From: Chiloscyllium plagiosum
Lineage: Eukaryota
Assembly: GCF_004010195.1 (NCBI RefSeq)
Contig: NC_057713.1
Location: forward strand, 113,313,757 to 113,377,756
Direction of reading: 5' to 3'
Length of the DNA stretch: 64,000 bases
The notes under the pieces were generated by a model. It worked only from the letters and a program-made list of their open reading frames with translations, made no database searches and was not told the DNA's origin. How positions within the stretch are numbered: the stretch's first letter is position 1; each line of letters begins with the position of its first letter. A program made the position numbers and the translations under genes. Positions 13,900-27,340 of the stretch are shown in pieces.

Positions 13900-15440
13900 A
13901 AATGACAGAACAACTCCGGGGTACAGAGTATTCCAGTGCTATATTACAGACTGGATGTCCTTTACCGTAATGCAGGGAATATTATCGGACCGACTGATGT
14001 GAAAATGATGGCATAGAGAATTGGACATTTTTGCCAGCACATAGATGTGTTTGAGGGAGGTCAATATTCTGTAGTACAAGAACAATAGGCAGCACAGGAG
14101 TCAATGAGTGCAGTGAGGACGGAAGATATCTTGGAAGGGTATTCAAATGACGCCTTCTGGGTTGAGGTTAGGATCAAAACAGTGGCAGACACACTACTGG
14201 AGAGATATTATAGACACCCAGATAAAAGAAAATACAGGAGCAGATATATAATCAATACACTGATGTGTAAATACAATAATAGGATCATTGTATTCAGGTA
14301 TTTCTATTCCAAACATTCATTCGGGCAGTGATAATTTTTAAAGAGGGGGCAGATGTCTTGATATTTATTCCAGAGAGCCTCTAATATCAACATGTAGCAG
14401 ATACATCAGTAGGCGGTGCTGTGCCAGTTTTCACAGTGGGGAACAAAGCCAGTCAGGTGTTGCAAGCAGAATTGGGAGAACTTTGTCGGATTAGTGACCG
14501 TGACTCATGTACTTTAGCTTGTTAAAGAAAAGACCAAAAGAAAAATGTTTGAAAAATAAGAATAATTTGAATGCAGATTGTATTTAAAAAAAGACAGGAT
14601 CTGGTCACAGGACAGTTACTTCTGGGTGAAACTGTAGCAGAACAACGTGGGGTTGGGGTGGTGGTGGTGGGGGGGGAGGGGGGTTGTCACATGCTCAATA
14701 TGGAATTGATGAGAGTATCACCGCAACATGTTACAACGAGGAAGAAATTAAGGGAAACCAGCCCAGTGAAGCTTGGATGTCTACAAATATTCAAAATGGA
14801 ATTAACAATGAAAGAGAAGCATAAAGGAGAAATAAAGTGAGCAGGTCAATAGAGGTCCCAGAAGAGTCGTTGACCATGTAGGGCAAAACTCAAGAAAGTA
14901 AGTAGAAGGTCAAAAAGCGGGGAGGGGGCTTGATAAAAGCATTAGTGGGCGATATTTTCAAGAATTCATGCATTTTATCGGTTTATTAAGGGTAAGAAGG
15001 TAACATAAGAAAGAATAGAGAGTATTAGGGATCAAGGATGCAATCTGTGCATAGAGCCAGATAATATGTCACACGTGTACTATATATTGGTCTTCAATTT
15101 GGAGAAATAGTTCCTGGATTCGCTGTCTGTTCCTGCCAGAGTGTCCTGAAGCAAATTGACACAGAAGCTGAGGAAGGATTGAAGGTTGAAGCAGGATAAA
15201 AAGTGGGAAAATCCCTCGACCTGGATGAATTGTGTGTTGAAGATGAGGGAGGAGGTTACAGGCACTTAAGCTTAGTATTGTTTATTGTTTTGTCTCTGGC
15301 CAAAAAGGTGGTGTGATCGAACAGGAATCGAACATCTAATATATGTTCAACTTCCACACAGAATGCTAGAAAAAATGCCATGGGATTAAAGACCACTAAA
15401 TCTCACATCAGTGGGTGGGAACAATTGTAGAAAATTGTGA
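13900..15440 (+). mobile_element. Highly degraded CR1 ORF2 (endonuclease/tether region)
   Basis: AVRTEDILEG..FWVEVR..TLLERYYRHP resembles the CR1 APE domain. Confidence 0.55.
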
Positions 15441-17223
15441 AGGTTTTTGAGGTTGAATCACTAAATATCTTTAAGGCTGAGATGGACAGATTTTTAAACA
15501 ATAGTTATGTGGAAAATGCAGGAAAATGGAATGGAAGGTTATCAGAATATATATACGCGAACTGAAAGGAAAAGCAGACTCAGCGAGCGTATGGGTATGC
15601 TGTCGCCAATCTGTCTAATGGCAAACTTTTTGTAATAGCTTGTGTTCACTGGACAATCAACCTCTCTCCCTCCGGAGTGAGACACAGTTTGGAATGCAAT
15701 CGATAGATTCAAGGAATTCATAAATGCAGTACTAATAGACAGAAAAGACCATGAAACTTGAAAGGGTTCAGAAAAAATTTACAAGGATGCTGCCAGAGTT
15801 GGAGGATGAGAGGCTGAACAGGCTGGGGCTGTTTTCCCTGGAGCGTTGTAGGCTGAGGGGTAACCTTATAGAGGTTTACAAAATTATGAGGGACGTGATG
15901 TTCAGAGCAGTGAACTTATAAAATGCTTTTAATGCAATGAAACATTCCACATACTTCACAGGAGCACTACAAGACAAAATATGACACTGAGCATGTATGT
16001 AGGTAATATGTGAGATGATCAAAGGCTGGGTCAAAGATAGCTTTTATGGAGTATCTTAAAGGAGGTCAGCAAGGTAGAAAGGCAGAGACATGTAAGGAGG
16101 GAATTCCAGAACTTAGGGCTACTCAGTTAACAATGGATGGATGATTAAAATTGGAGATCCTCCTGGCCAAATCAGATGAGAACAGATCCAACAAGTGATC
16201 AAGTTCAGATGATTTAACATAGAATTTTAAGATCTGTGTTCCAGTTGTGGATTCACAGGAAGGAAGATCATCAATGAATTTCCAATGCTCTGGATTAGGC
16301 CAGAATTTTCAACGTGATAGAGAATTCACTGATATAAATATATGTTTTATCTGCATCATGCAGGAGCAGGAACAGAAAAAAAACAGAATTTCAAAGTTAA
16401 AACTACTGAGCCAGGAATGGGATTTTGGAGATCAGAATATTTCTGGTTGGGTGAGATTATGCTAGGCATCTCTTTATACTTGTGCTGAGATGTCTTCAGG
16501 GAAAGTTTTAGATGGGTGAAGTACAAGTGTGAGCAACCTCCATGTATGTTTGTATCCATTTCACCCAAACCAGTGCAGTTATCTACCAGGGATACAATGC
16601 ATCAGTATGTCAGCTGGCAAACCTTTGGAAAGCAGACATCTATCTTTCACTTCCAAATGTCCCTTGCATATGGTAAAGATGCACAAAATGTTAGCTTCGA
16701 ATTGATTGGTTAGGGATTGAGGGGCTAGTTCTCAAGTGGCACCTGGAACCCACTAAGTTGAACTCTGTGTTACTTTCAGCATCAACGTGAAGGAATGTAG
16801 AAGCTGGGAATAAGTATCCCATTATTTCAGGGGCAAAATTTGTGCCATGACATTTTGAGGAGAACGTTCCTGCATGAATTACAGATTTGGCAGCTATTAC
16901 CACCGATTAGTTGAACCGAAGGATCTGTTTCTGTGCGGTCTGGCACTATGACTCGATATGAGACATCTGCACAAAAAGAGATATTTTGTTCATTTAGCAA
17001 TGTGAAAATGATTACAAAGTGAAAACATAAGAGATAATAAAGGTTTTTGGTGATAAAAGGGTAGTCAAAAGTTGAGCTCGGACAGCTATAAAAATGTCAG
17101 AAGTAAACTTGTAGTGGAGTGTCAAGGGAAAGCAAAGATGCAGAACCAGTTCTATACCTTAGTTTTCACATCAGAAGTTGATATTACAATTTTACAGAAT
17201 ATTGAATGGACTCACAACTCTTA

Positions 17224-17378
17224 ACATTCGCCTGTACCTGTTTTTGTTTTTTCCACTGTTTACCTATTATTTACTTATCTATGCTATTTAACTCTCCGAT
17301 CTGCCTGTATTGCTCGCAAGACAAAGCTTTTCACTGTGCCTCAGTACACATGACAATAAATTCAATTCAATTCAATTG
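17224..17378 (+). mobile_element. Rex1/Babar-like LINE 3' end
   Basis: caaagcttttcactgtgcctcagtacacatgacaataaa followed by an (ATTCA)n tail. Confidence 0.6.
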
Positions 17379-17463
17379 AGAGGTAAGAATAAAACAGTTA
17401 GAAAATATTAATATTCAAAGTGAAATTATGTTCAGGAAGTCCCTCAAACTTGATGCAGCTGAA

Positions 17464-17621
17464 GGAGAAAGTGAGGACTGCAGATACTGGAGATCAGAGT
17501 CAAAACGTGTGGTGCTGGAAAAGCACACCCAGTCAGGCAGCACAGCTCTTAAGCTCTTCATCAGGAATGACTCTCCTGCTCCTCAGATGCTGCCTGACTG
17601 GCTGTGCTTTCCCAGCACCAC
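17464..17621. mobile_element. Palindromic mini-PLE, family A, 16-bp TSD
   Basis: ACTT(G/A)ATGCAGCTGAA at 17448-17463 and 17622-17637; inverted arms. Confidence 0.8.
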
Positions 17622-18060
17622 ACTTAATGCAGCTGAACCCTAATCTCTTAAAATCTAAAATCTTAAGCCGGGAAAGAAATTTCAGAGGTTCTGACTGCAT
17701 TTCTTCTGTAAACTCCCAGGATCAAATTTGAGCAGACACCATCACCAGAGTTACAAGGGCAGGTAAGTGGCTCACTTCCGGATTTGTCAAAATTTGTGCA
17801 TCATTGTGTGGTACAATATTCACACTAACCAAATTCAATGCTAATTGGTACTCATGAGCTGTATCACAGATTTCCAACAACAACAGAAAATGCTAGAGAA
17901 ACGCAGCAGGCCTGGCAATGTCTGTGGAGAGAGAAACAAAATGAATGCTTTAAATCGAGTGTGACTCTTTAGTTCTGAAGTTCTGAATGGTGAGGGCTGT
18001 TTGCGTGTGGGGAAGGGGAGTGGTGAATGTTGGGGAAAGATGCCTTAAGGTGTTCTTCTC

Positions 18061-18896
18061 CATGGAGAACTAGCCATTTGGATACAGAACTGGCTCAAAG
18101 ATAGAAGACAGATGGTGGTGGTGGAGGGTTGTTTTTCAGACTGGAGGCCTGTGACCAGTGGAGTGCCACAAGGATCGGTGCTGGGCCCTCTACTTTTTGT
18201 CATTTACATAAATGATTTGGACGCGAGCATAAGAGGTACAGTTAGTAAGTTTGCAGATGACACCAAAATTGGAGGTGTAGTGGACAACCAAGAGGGTTAC
18301 CTCAGATTACAACAGGATCTNNNNNNNNNNNNNNNNNNNNNNNNNNNNNNNNNNNNNNNNNNNNNNNNNNNNNNNNNNNNNNNNNNNNNNNNNNNNNNNN
18401 NNNNNNNNNNNNNNNNNNNNNNNNNNNNNNNNNNNNNNNNNNNNNNNNNNNNNNNNNNNNNNNNNNNNNNNNNNNNNNNNNNNNNNNNNNNNNNNNNNNN
18501 NNNNNNNNNNNNNNNNNNNNNNNNNNNNNNNNNNNNNNNNNNNNNNNNNNNNNNNNNNNNNNNNNNNNNNNNNNNNNNNNNNNNNNNNNNNNNNNNNNNN
18601 NNNNNNNNNGGGATTGGGGAGTCCAGAACTAGAGGGCATAGGTTTAGGGTGAGAGGGGAAAGATATAAAAGAGACCTTAGGGGCAACTTTTTCACGCAGA
18701 GGGTGGTACGTGTATGGAATGAGCTGCCAGAGGATGTGGTGGAGGCTGGTACAATTGCAACATTTATGAGGGGTTTGGAGGGATATGGGCCGAGTGCTGG
18801 CAGGTGGGACTAGATTGGGTTGGGATATCTGGTCGGCATGGACAGGTTGGACCGAAGGGTCTGTTTCCATGCTGTACATCTCTATGACTCTATGAC
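18061..18896 (+). mobile_element. HER1/CR1 LINE 3' part (RT domain to tail), spans a gap
   Basis: [10 protein letters not shown]...SKFADDTK; tail ctctatgactctatgac. Confidence 0.9.
18321..18609. other. Assembly gap (others at 44652-44818 and 51705-52439)
   Basis: Runs of N, each inside a young retroelement. Confidence 1.
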
Positions 18897-19525
18897 TTGA
18901 AAACTGAACTCTCATCTTCAGGAAGCAATGCAGAGCCTCCCTTTGTCAACAGGAAGCTCTTTTATAGTACCTCTGTGGGTGTATTGCTGTCCCTGACGGC
19001 AGGTTTCACCAAGGTAAAATATCCCTCATTGCAAAGCCATGTGTTTCCCATGCAAACCGCTGACACTTCAAATTATGGTCAGAATCACATGGAAACCTGG
19101 AAAAGTGGCAATGGTGCCCACTTCCACTTATATTGAGTTAGGAACAGTGTATAAAATCTGCCCTTCTCCACACTGAAAATTGAAAGAGAGCTGATTTGAA
19201 TTTGTCTTCACTTCAACGTTCTGTTGTCAGGACACTCTCTAATAGAGGGGATGCTATTTGATTTGTAGCTGCTGTTTTGAGATCAGCCCTAATGTTGCTC
19301 CAAGCATTTACATTTTCCTCTTAAAGTTTTGAAACTTGAGAAAGTTTCCCATCTTTCTCCAAATATTCAGCTGCAAGGTCTTCTTTTGACTCTGTTGGAC
19401 AGATTCACAATTGCGCGCATTTTATAAATTATATGCATTTATAAATTCTATAAATACTATGAATTTTAATTTAAAATACTTTATAACAGTTTGTGTTACT
19501 GCACCAAACCCTGTATAAATAGTTA

Positions 19526-19707
19526 TGATTTGGAGATGCCGGTGTTGGACTGGGGTACAAAGTTAAAGCTCACACACCAGGTTACAGAATTCTGTGTGTT
19601 AGGATTGAGCCCTCCACTACCACCTGATGAAGGAGCGACGCTCCGAAAGCTAGTGTGCTTCCAATTAAACCTGTTGGACTGTAACCTGGTGTTGTGTGAT
19701 TTTTGAC
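19526..19707. mobile_element. Mini-PLE, family B, 12-bp TSD
   Basis: Inverted arms; TATAAATA(G/T)TTA at 19514-19525 and 19708-19719. Confidence 0.75.
19624..19652 (+). ncRNA. Minimal type I hammerhead ribozyme core (family B)
   Basis: CUGAUGA-A-GGAGC(GAC)GCUCC-GAAA-GCUA; palindromic AGCU in place of helix III; short stem I CAC/GUG. Activity untested. Confidence 0.7.
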
Positions 19708-20389
19708 TATAAATATTTAGATGGCAAGTGATTGATTCCCCCAATTTCTTAACAACTCTCATTTTTGCCGACTGCCTTTGAAACATGGCATTTTGTAAAC
19801 ATTAAAACTGTCCCTGAGTTCTTTATGTTGGTTGGACTCCAACTAGTTTACAGTTAATCCTTTCCAAGAGACTGTCAGGAAGAAGAAAAAAAATGAGAAA
19901 GCTCCACTTTAAACCTCTCTCAGGAGCCTGTGAGGGGATTCATTTTACTGGAAGACAAATTTTTCAGTGGCTTGGTGAATCACCTAGGTTACCAGGCAAA
20001 CAGCACTCTGAAATTTATTGTGAAATTTTATGCTTGATCTCCCCCACGCAAAACTAATTGTCTTATGTGAAGGAGGACAGTGCATAGCATCCAAAAAAAT
20101 GGAATCCCAGCAACCAATGATGCCACATTGTAGCCAGAAAATTATGTAAATAGAAATCTCAAGAGATAGACACTACATTTAAAATTGATCTGAATTCAAA
20201 GAACAAGTTGGCTTAAATTCTGACATTTTAAAATGGCAGTAATTGCCTTACTGGTCTCTGAAGTCTAATAAATGATTGTTACAGTTTTCCTTGTTAGTCG
20301 ATACCTGTATATGAGTGAAAGTATTTGCGCAAAGAGATAAAAAGACAGATAAAACTGCTAATGCTAGAAATCTAATACAATCTAATGGG

Positions 20390-20746
20390 GGGGCGGGGGC
20401 ATGGTGGCTCAGTGGTTAGCACTGCTGCCTGCTGCCTCACATGCCAGGGACCCAGGTTCGATTCCAGCCTCAGGCGACCGTGTGTGTCGAATTTGCATAT
20501 TCTCCTGGTGTCTGCATGGGTTTCCTCCGGGTGCTCTGGTTTCCTCCCACCATCCAAAGATATGCAGGTTACATTAATTGGCCATGCTAAGTTACCCATA
20601 GTGTTCAGGGAGGTGAAGGTTAGGTGCTCTGTCAGGGGTAAATATAGGATAATAGGGTAGCGGAATAGGTTTGGCTGTGTTACTCTTCAGAGGGTTGGTG
20701 TGGACTTGTTGGACTGAAGGGCCTATTTCCACACTGTAGGGATTCT
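20390..20746 (+). mobile_element. HE1 SINE
   Basis: gcatggtggctcagtggttagcactgctgcc head; tail cacactgtagggattct. Confidence 0.85.
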
Positions 20747-21879
20747 GAAACAAAAAATGCTTAAAACACACAACAACATTTGGAAACAGGTAGGTTAACA
20801 ATCTGGATGTAAGCTTTTTGTCAAAACTGGAATGAAATCAACAAAGCAAAATGTATTCTATTGCAAGTAGTGTATAGTATCCTCTAACCCTCTGCAGTTC
20901 TCATAATATCATGTCCAGTGGTACTCCAGCTTGAACTGAATTCAGTCATTGCATTGTCCTGTCTCAATAAAACCCAGGGCACTTCTTACATGCAAAAATA
21001 ATCAAGATGAAAACTTTCAACTATTGTCAGCAACTCTACTTGATCTACATAGGCACCTAGTTACAGACCCAAAGATAACAATAAAAGACTTTTCATTCAT
21101 ATATTAATACTTACTTGAATTAATTTACTATGCCTTCATGACCTTCAATTTTCTTTTCTAAAATCTGTAGCTAATGCAGATACTGGGGTGAAACTATTGG
21201 CTAAATTAGCAAATGGCCTAGAGCAAGGCATTTCACTTTCCTGTTACTGGCCAGCATGCTCTGATATAGCTTCCTCTGGGGCATATTCTTTCAAGAAAGA
21301 GTGGGTAGCTTGTGACAACTTCCATCCACAAGGGGCCAATGGCCAACTAAATATTGATTAGAAATAGCTGAGTCCTGAGTACTGATCTTTGTGGTACCAT
21401 GCTGGTAATAGCATGCCAATTAAAACATGTCCTATTTATTTCTACTTTGATTTCTGTCCTTAAACAAATCTTTAATCTATGCTTATTGTCTGCAATCCTG
21501 TGAGTAATCACATTTTGTAATTATGTATTTCCAGTTGGCATGCAAGTCCCCACTGAAGTCAAACCATGGTCAAGGGATGGAAATGGTCTCCTAGCAACAG
21601 ACTGGGGATGGGGTGTGTTGAGGGGTTTTGAGGGGAGAGTAATGAGGATGGGTGCATTTTATCCCCTTAGCAAGCCCCTGACACTGCCATATCCATAAGA
21701 TCTCAACAGTGACAATTAGTCTTTCATCCATGGGTTGCCTCTGCAAATTACGACCTGGCAGCTTGATCTTTGTGAATTTTAAAGAATTACAAAATATCAA
21801 GAGGGCATCTACATCTTGAAGTATCCTCTCTCCATCATCAACAACAATCAGCCTCAGTGCTGGTGAGCTTCCTCATGAT

Positions 21880-22680
21880 CCTTCAGGCTCAGGAACCTAT
21901 CAATTGTTCTTAATTTTAAAATCAAGGTCAGTTATGAGAATTGTTATTAGTTAGAACACAGACAATAGAGTTTTGGATGACCTCAAGTTTATGGAATAGA
22001 TTGGAATAATCAAAGCTAGAGAGAAGAAAGGCAGTGATAAGGATTTCAGAGGCAGATGAGCGAAGTCAAATAATGTTATAGAAATGGAAAGGTGCTTATA
22101 GAAATAATATGGGCATGTGGTTGGAAGCTCACTTGAGTCAAATATGACACAAAGTTTGCAGGGAGAATGTTTCACCCTCAGACAGTTGCTAAGGAGAGGA
22201 ATGAAGTTTGTAGACAGATCAAAGACAATGGCTCTGGTTTTCCCAATACTAAGTTGAAGGACATTGTTGCTCATTAGAAAGCTGTGTAATAAACTAGAGA
22301 CTGTGGACAATTAAAGAGAGTTAGCGATGAGGTAGAATGAGTGCCACTAAAGTACATGTGGAAACCAATGCTTTGTTTATACATGTTAGTAAAATGAGGA
22401 TTGTAAATGTAGGAACAGGAGAAGGCACCAGAGTCAAAGAAGCCGTTGCAGCTGATTTTTTTGGCTACAATTGAATAGATGAATGGAGCCAGACAAATAC
22501 TGTTCCACACAGCTGGACAACAGCCTTAGAGATTGATACGCTCAATTATGTCAAAACAGGCCAAGAGCAATAAAAAGGACGATTAACCATTCTCACAAAT
22601 ACACAATATACCAATTGTGACATTGTAAAGAAAAATTGGTACACTGGGGTAGGGGTAGAACCTGATTGGTGAAATTTAAA
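21880..22680 (-). mobile_element. Degraded L2 LINE fragment
   Basis: Minus-strand translation FLMSNNVLQLSIGKTRAIVF resembles the L2 ORF2 C-terminal motif WMxxNFLQLNxxKTEAIVF. Confidence 0.55.
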
Positions 22681-24039
22681 AGTAAGGAAGTCACCCTGAT
22701 GTGTTTCACAAGCCTGCTTCATGGCTCAGTGGTACATTAAATGAAATAATGAGTAGGTTTTTCTTTAAACTACATTTCTTGATTACTCCTAATCACCTGC
22801 TCACTGTTAATGGAGGGCATTAGAACAAGTGATAGCCGTTAAAATGCTATCCAGCCTACCTAATAAGTGCTTACAGTCATTTTAAGTAGAAATGAACCCA
22901 ATGCAATCCTCCAGTTTGCTATTCCTAGTAATGGCTTTGACACCTTTCCAATGATTCTGTCCAACCTGAAATGCAGGCTAAGCTCACAAGCCTTTTTTTT
23001 TAAAGTATCTAATCATCCTATCAGAGATATTACTACATAGCCCCAGAGCTGGTCGAATTTGAACACAAACCTCCTGGCTCAAAGATAAGGAAACTACAAC
23101 TGTGCTGCAAGAGCCCTCCCATGAGTCTCGCTTTTTAAAAGATTTTACCTATTTATCAAATCAACCTGTTCAGGAATGTTACTACACATCTCTGGAGCAG
23201 CTGTGTCTTGAACTTGGATCGCTCAGTCTGGGGTAAGGATACTACCACTGCACCACAATAGCCCCACGAGCCTATCTTAGTCAAATCTAAGGCCATCTTT
23301 CCATGTGTTGTGTTACAGATGATGGAAATCCAATCCCATCAGCAGGACCATACTGCATGTGATGTGACATGCTGGATTATCCCTTTCCTGAGAAGATAGT
23401 GGAGAGGATTTCCACTTAGATAATTGCTACTGCCTACCTACAGGCCCATCTTTTCTAGGTTAATTAAATATTTGCAGTCAGCTTCCAGTATGATTCCTAC
23501 CAACAAAGGAAGCCGACAGCAGATACTGAAAGAAATTGGATCGTGTTACAACCAGAGCATTGCTAGCCTCACCAATGTCACCTATATCCTCTGAATGAAT
23601 AAGCAAATTTTAAAAAGGCATTTTAAAGGCAGAGAAGCCATTGATATGAGAATGACTTCAATTTTTATTGATTTTGGCTGAGACTAATGCTTATAAAGTG
23701 AGATGGAGACAATGTTTTGGAAAGAATGAGTATCTTTACCAGAACCTTTCTCTCAATTGACAGAATTCAGGACCAGAATTCAGGTGGCCAAAGAAAGCTG
23801 GAGCAGGATTCTGCTGTCACCAATAGGTGGACAATCAAGGCACGGTTGTGAGCAAGTGGGAGTTGAGCAAGAAAAATGGAGCTGTGGCAGAAAAATGGAA
23901 ATCTGCTTAGCACCCGATTTCAGGTTAGCTTACGCAAGGGATTCCACACCAGTATTAATTCTACAGTACCTGTAACAAAATATTTTGTGTGAATAAAAAA
24001 GGCTAACCATCTGTCTGACTAATAGACGAAGGTCAAAAT

Positions 24040-24264
24040 TAGAGTGGGGCTGCAAAAGCACAGCAGGTCAGGCAGCATCAGAGAAGCAGGAAAACTGACG
24101 TTTCAGGCAAAAGCCCTTCATCAGGAATGAGGCCTCGTTCCTATGAAGGGCTTTTGCCCAAAGCGTCGATTTTCCTGCTCCTCGGATGCAGTTTGACTGC
24201 TGTGCTTTTCCAGCACCACTCTAATCTAGACTCTGATCTGCATCTGCAGTCCTCATTTTCACCT
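24040..24264. mobile_element. Palindromic mini-PLE, family A
   Basis: Inverted arms meeting at ggaatgaggcctcgttcc; minus-strand core CTGATGAAGGGCTTTTGCCTGAAACGTC. Confidence 0.75.
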
Positions 24265-25869
24265 AATAGTCAGAGGTGCCAATGGTACTTTGGTGACTCT
24301 AGCCGATTACTTACTTATTATCATTTTAGTGAAAGAGCACTGAGGGAATTTGTGTTCTCAGTTAACGCAAAATGAATCTCATTTACAACTTCTGATTTTC
24401 TATTAAGCAGACTGATAGTGCGAAGAGAACTTTGCATACTCTTTCTGTCTATATTCATATTTGATCATTCTTCTGCCAATTGGCTTCTTTTATTTGTTTG
24501 GAGCTTCTCATGATAAATATGTAAACTATTTAAATTGAATTTTAAATAATGAAGTGTATTCTGACTGGGTTACACTTTAATGAAGTTCAATGTCGATGAC
24601 GATCTGGTTTGGAAAGTCTTTTAAAGCTATCTTTATGTGAACAGGAAAGCTTTTCCTTTACCTTTATAGAATTACTACAGATGTAACATTTCCAACTGTA
24701 AATGAAATCTTCAGCAGGAACCCCAAGGACAGAAACAGTTCTGCTTTTTTTTAATGTGGCTTATGTTGAAGATACAGCAGGAAGATCCTTTAAGACCTTT
24801 ACTGCAGTGTTTATTGGCAATCCATCATGCTTTTGTGTGTTTGATGTTTATTGGCAGAGAAACTGTCTCTAGAAGTAAGTTTCATCTACAACTTCATGAC
24901 CTGAGTGGAGGGTTAAAAAGAATTTGGACTGCACAGAAAGGTTGATCACATCAGTTGTTTGGACAGGATGTTTGGCAGGATTGTTAAAATGTAGTTTGTA
25001 TAAGCATATCCTCATTGGAGTTGAAAGTAAAATATCAAACAAAAATATCCAACCATTTTACAGAGGACTGAGATGAATGATAACATTAAAATAACCTTTG
25101 AGAGTATTTGTTGACTGAAGCTCAGTACAATGTCAATGAGAAGATGGAAATTGTAAATTTACAGATGATTACATACTCAGTTAATGCACTGTATAAACAA
25201 CTTCCTATAACTTTGATTATTTACCTTTGACCTGTGACAATTTCTTTAATCAGTGACAGAAAAGGCCATGAATCCTATATGAGCATGTTTACTTCAATGA
25301 TTTATTTCCTCTGAATTGATGTGGATTTAAATTACTTACATTTGTTACTTGTCAGTATATCTGCGGATCTTCATCAGAAACTATCCTGAAAACTGAATAC
25401 AAATGTACTACTTTAAATAGCTTTAAAATGAGAAAACAAATTGTGTGGCAATAATGAATAGAGTATGTATTAGTCAGAGCAAGGTGATTGTGCTCACTTC
25501 ACAAAACGTCCAATCCAATTTTGGTAAAGTGTAACGTATTATTCGACAAGTGTGCAAATATACCAAATAATTAACAGAATTTATATGATGTGGTTTTATC
25601 TCCAAAATGTAAGATGGCCCTTTAGAGTGCCAACCGGTTCCAAGGAACAACTTATGTGCCTGAATTCAGAGGCCCCCAATGATCATTAGAAATTGGCTCT
25701 TGGGTTTTATCTACATATCATCGGAGAGCTTTAACACTTGTCACTTTTGCCAACGGTAACTCACTCAATGAGTTCAATGCTGGCCACGTGGTTTTGCTTG
25801 GGGTGAGGGGGGCAATGGCAAACATGGCCAGAAGGAACACCCAAGCAGCTGAGAAAACCAGGAATCTCC

Positions 25870-27340
25870 TTAGAGTCAAGCATCAGAGAGTCATGCAGCT
25901 TGGAAACAGACTGTTTGGCCCAACTTGTCCAAGACTAGATTTCCTTAATTACACTTGTCCCATTTGCGTGTGTTTGGTCCATATCTCTCTGAACAGTTCC
26001 TATCCTGTATTTGTTCAAATGCCTTTTAAATGTTGTAATTGTACTCACATCTACCACTTCCTCTGGAAGCTCATTCCATATATGCTCATTCCATAACTGT
26101 GTGGAAAAGTAGCCCCTCAGGTTCCTTTTAAATCTTTCCTCTCTCACCTTAAACCTATGCTTTCTTGTTTTGGACTTCCCTGGGGAAAAAGACCTTAGCT
26201 ATTCACCTTACCCATTCCCCTCATGACTTTATAAACTTCTCACTGTATCCCATGTCAATGCATAGTTTGCTATAGAGCAGGAGGTGGCAAAACCAAGCAA
26301 GCAATCAAGACATGGGAACTCTCTAGGGGGCAGCCGCAAGCAAGACTCTAGGATGGTGTGTTGCCTCCCTAGTGTCAGGGTCATCTTGGAACGGGTCATC
26401 TTGGAACGGGAACGAGGACAAGGTCACTCCTCAGCCTCTGATACTCCAGAGAAAATAGCACCAGCTTATTCAGTCTCTCCCTTTAACTCAAATCCTCCAG
26501 TCTTGGTAACATCCTTGTAAATCTTTTTTGCACCTTTTTCCATTTAATACCATTCTTCATGCAACCAGATTGTATATAGTACTCCAAATGTGGCCTTACC
26601 AGGGTAAGTAACCCTAACCCTAACCCTAACAGCCATAACATGATATCCCAAATCCTGAACTCAATGCTCTGACCAATGAAAGCAAGTGTACCAAATGCCT
26701 CCTTCACCACCCTACTTACGTATGACACAACTTTCAAGGAACTATGTGCCTGCACCCCTGGATCTCTCTGTTCGACTACACTCCCCAGGGCCTACCATTA
26801 GCTGTATAAATCCTGCTCTGGCTTTTCTTACCAAATTGCAACACCTTGCATTTATCTGAATTAAACTGCGTCTGCTCTTCCTCAGCCCACTGACTGAGAT
26901 TCTCCCAAGTAGCTCTAGCAAATATCCCCAGCAGAATATTGGTTCCCCTCCAGTTCAGGTACATCCTGTCCCTCTTGTACAGGTCACCGCTGCCCCAGAA
27001 AAGATCGCAATGATCCAAAAATCTGAATTCCTGCCCCCAGCAATAGCTCCTCAGTCCCACATTCATTTACACGATCATCCTATTCCTACTCTCACGAGCA
27101 TGAGGCACCAGGAATAATCCGAAGATTACTACCCTTGAGGTCCTGTTTTTTAAGCTCCTGCCTAACTGCCTGTATTCCGTCTACAGGACTTCATCTCTTT
27201 TTCTCACTATCCCATTGATACCAATGTCCAGCTGCTCGCTTTCCTTTTTGAGAAATTGCTGTACCCGTTCCAAGATGACCCTGACACTAGGGAGGCAACA
27301 CACCATCCTAGAGTCTTGCTTGCGGCTGCCCCCTAGAGAG
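25870..27340 (-). mobile_element. Internally deleted CR1/HER1 (ORF1 end joined to the ORF2 3' part) with two secondary insertions
   Basis: ORF1 motifs FLDH..LFWG..DLYKRD..LNWRGTN run directly into ORF2 QWAEE..FNSDKCKVLQFG near 26895. Confidence 0.8.
26609..26630. repeat. Short interstitial telomeric repeat TAACCCTAACCCTAACCCTAAC
   Basis: 3.7 perfect CCCTAA units inside CR1 ORF2. Confidence 0.8.

Noticed and set aside
17730-17770. Strong plus-strand donor-like CAGGTAAGT
   Set aside because: No supporting acceptor or recognisable coding sequence; no SLC30A8 or RAD21 exon identified anywhere in the window.
20393-20470. tRNA-like sequences with A/B boxes
   Set aside because: Heads of HE1 and other SINEs, not tRNA genes.
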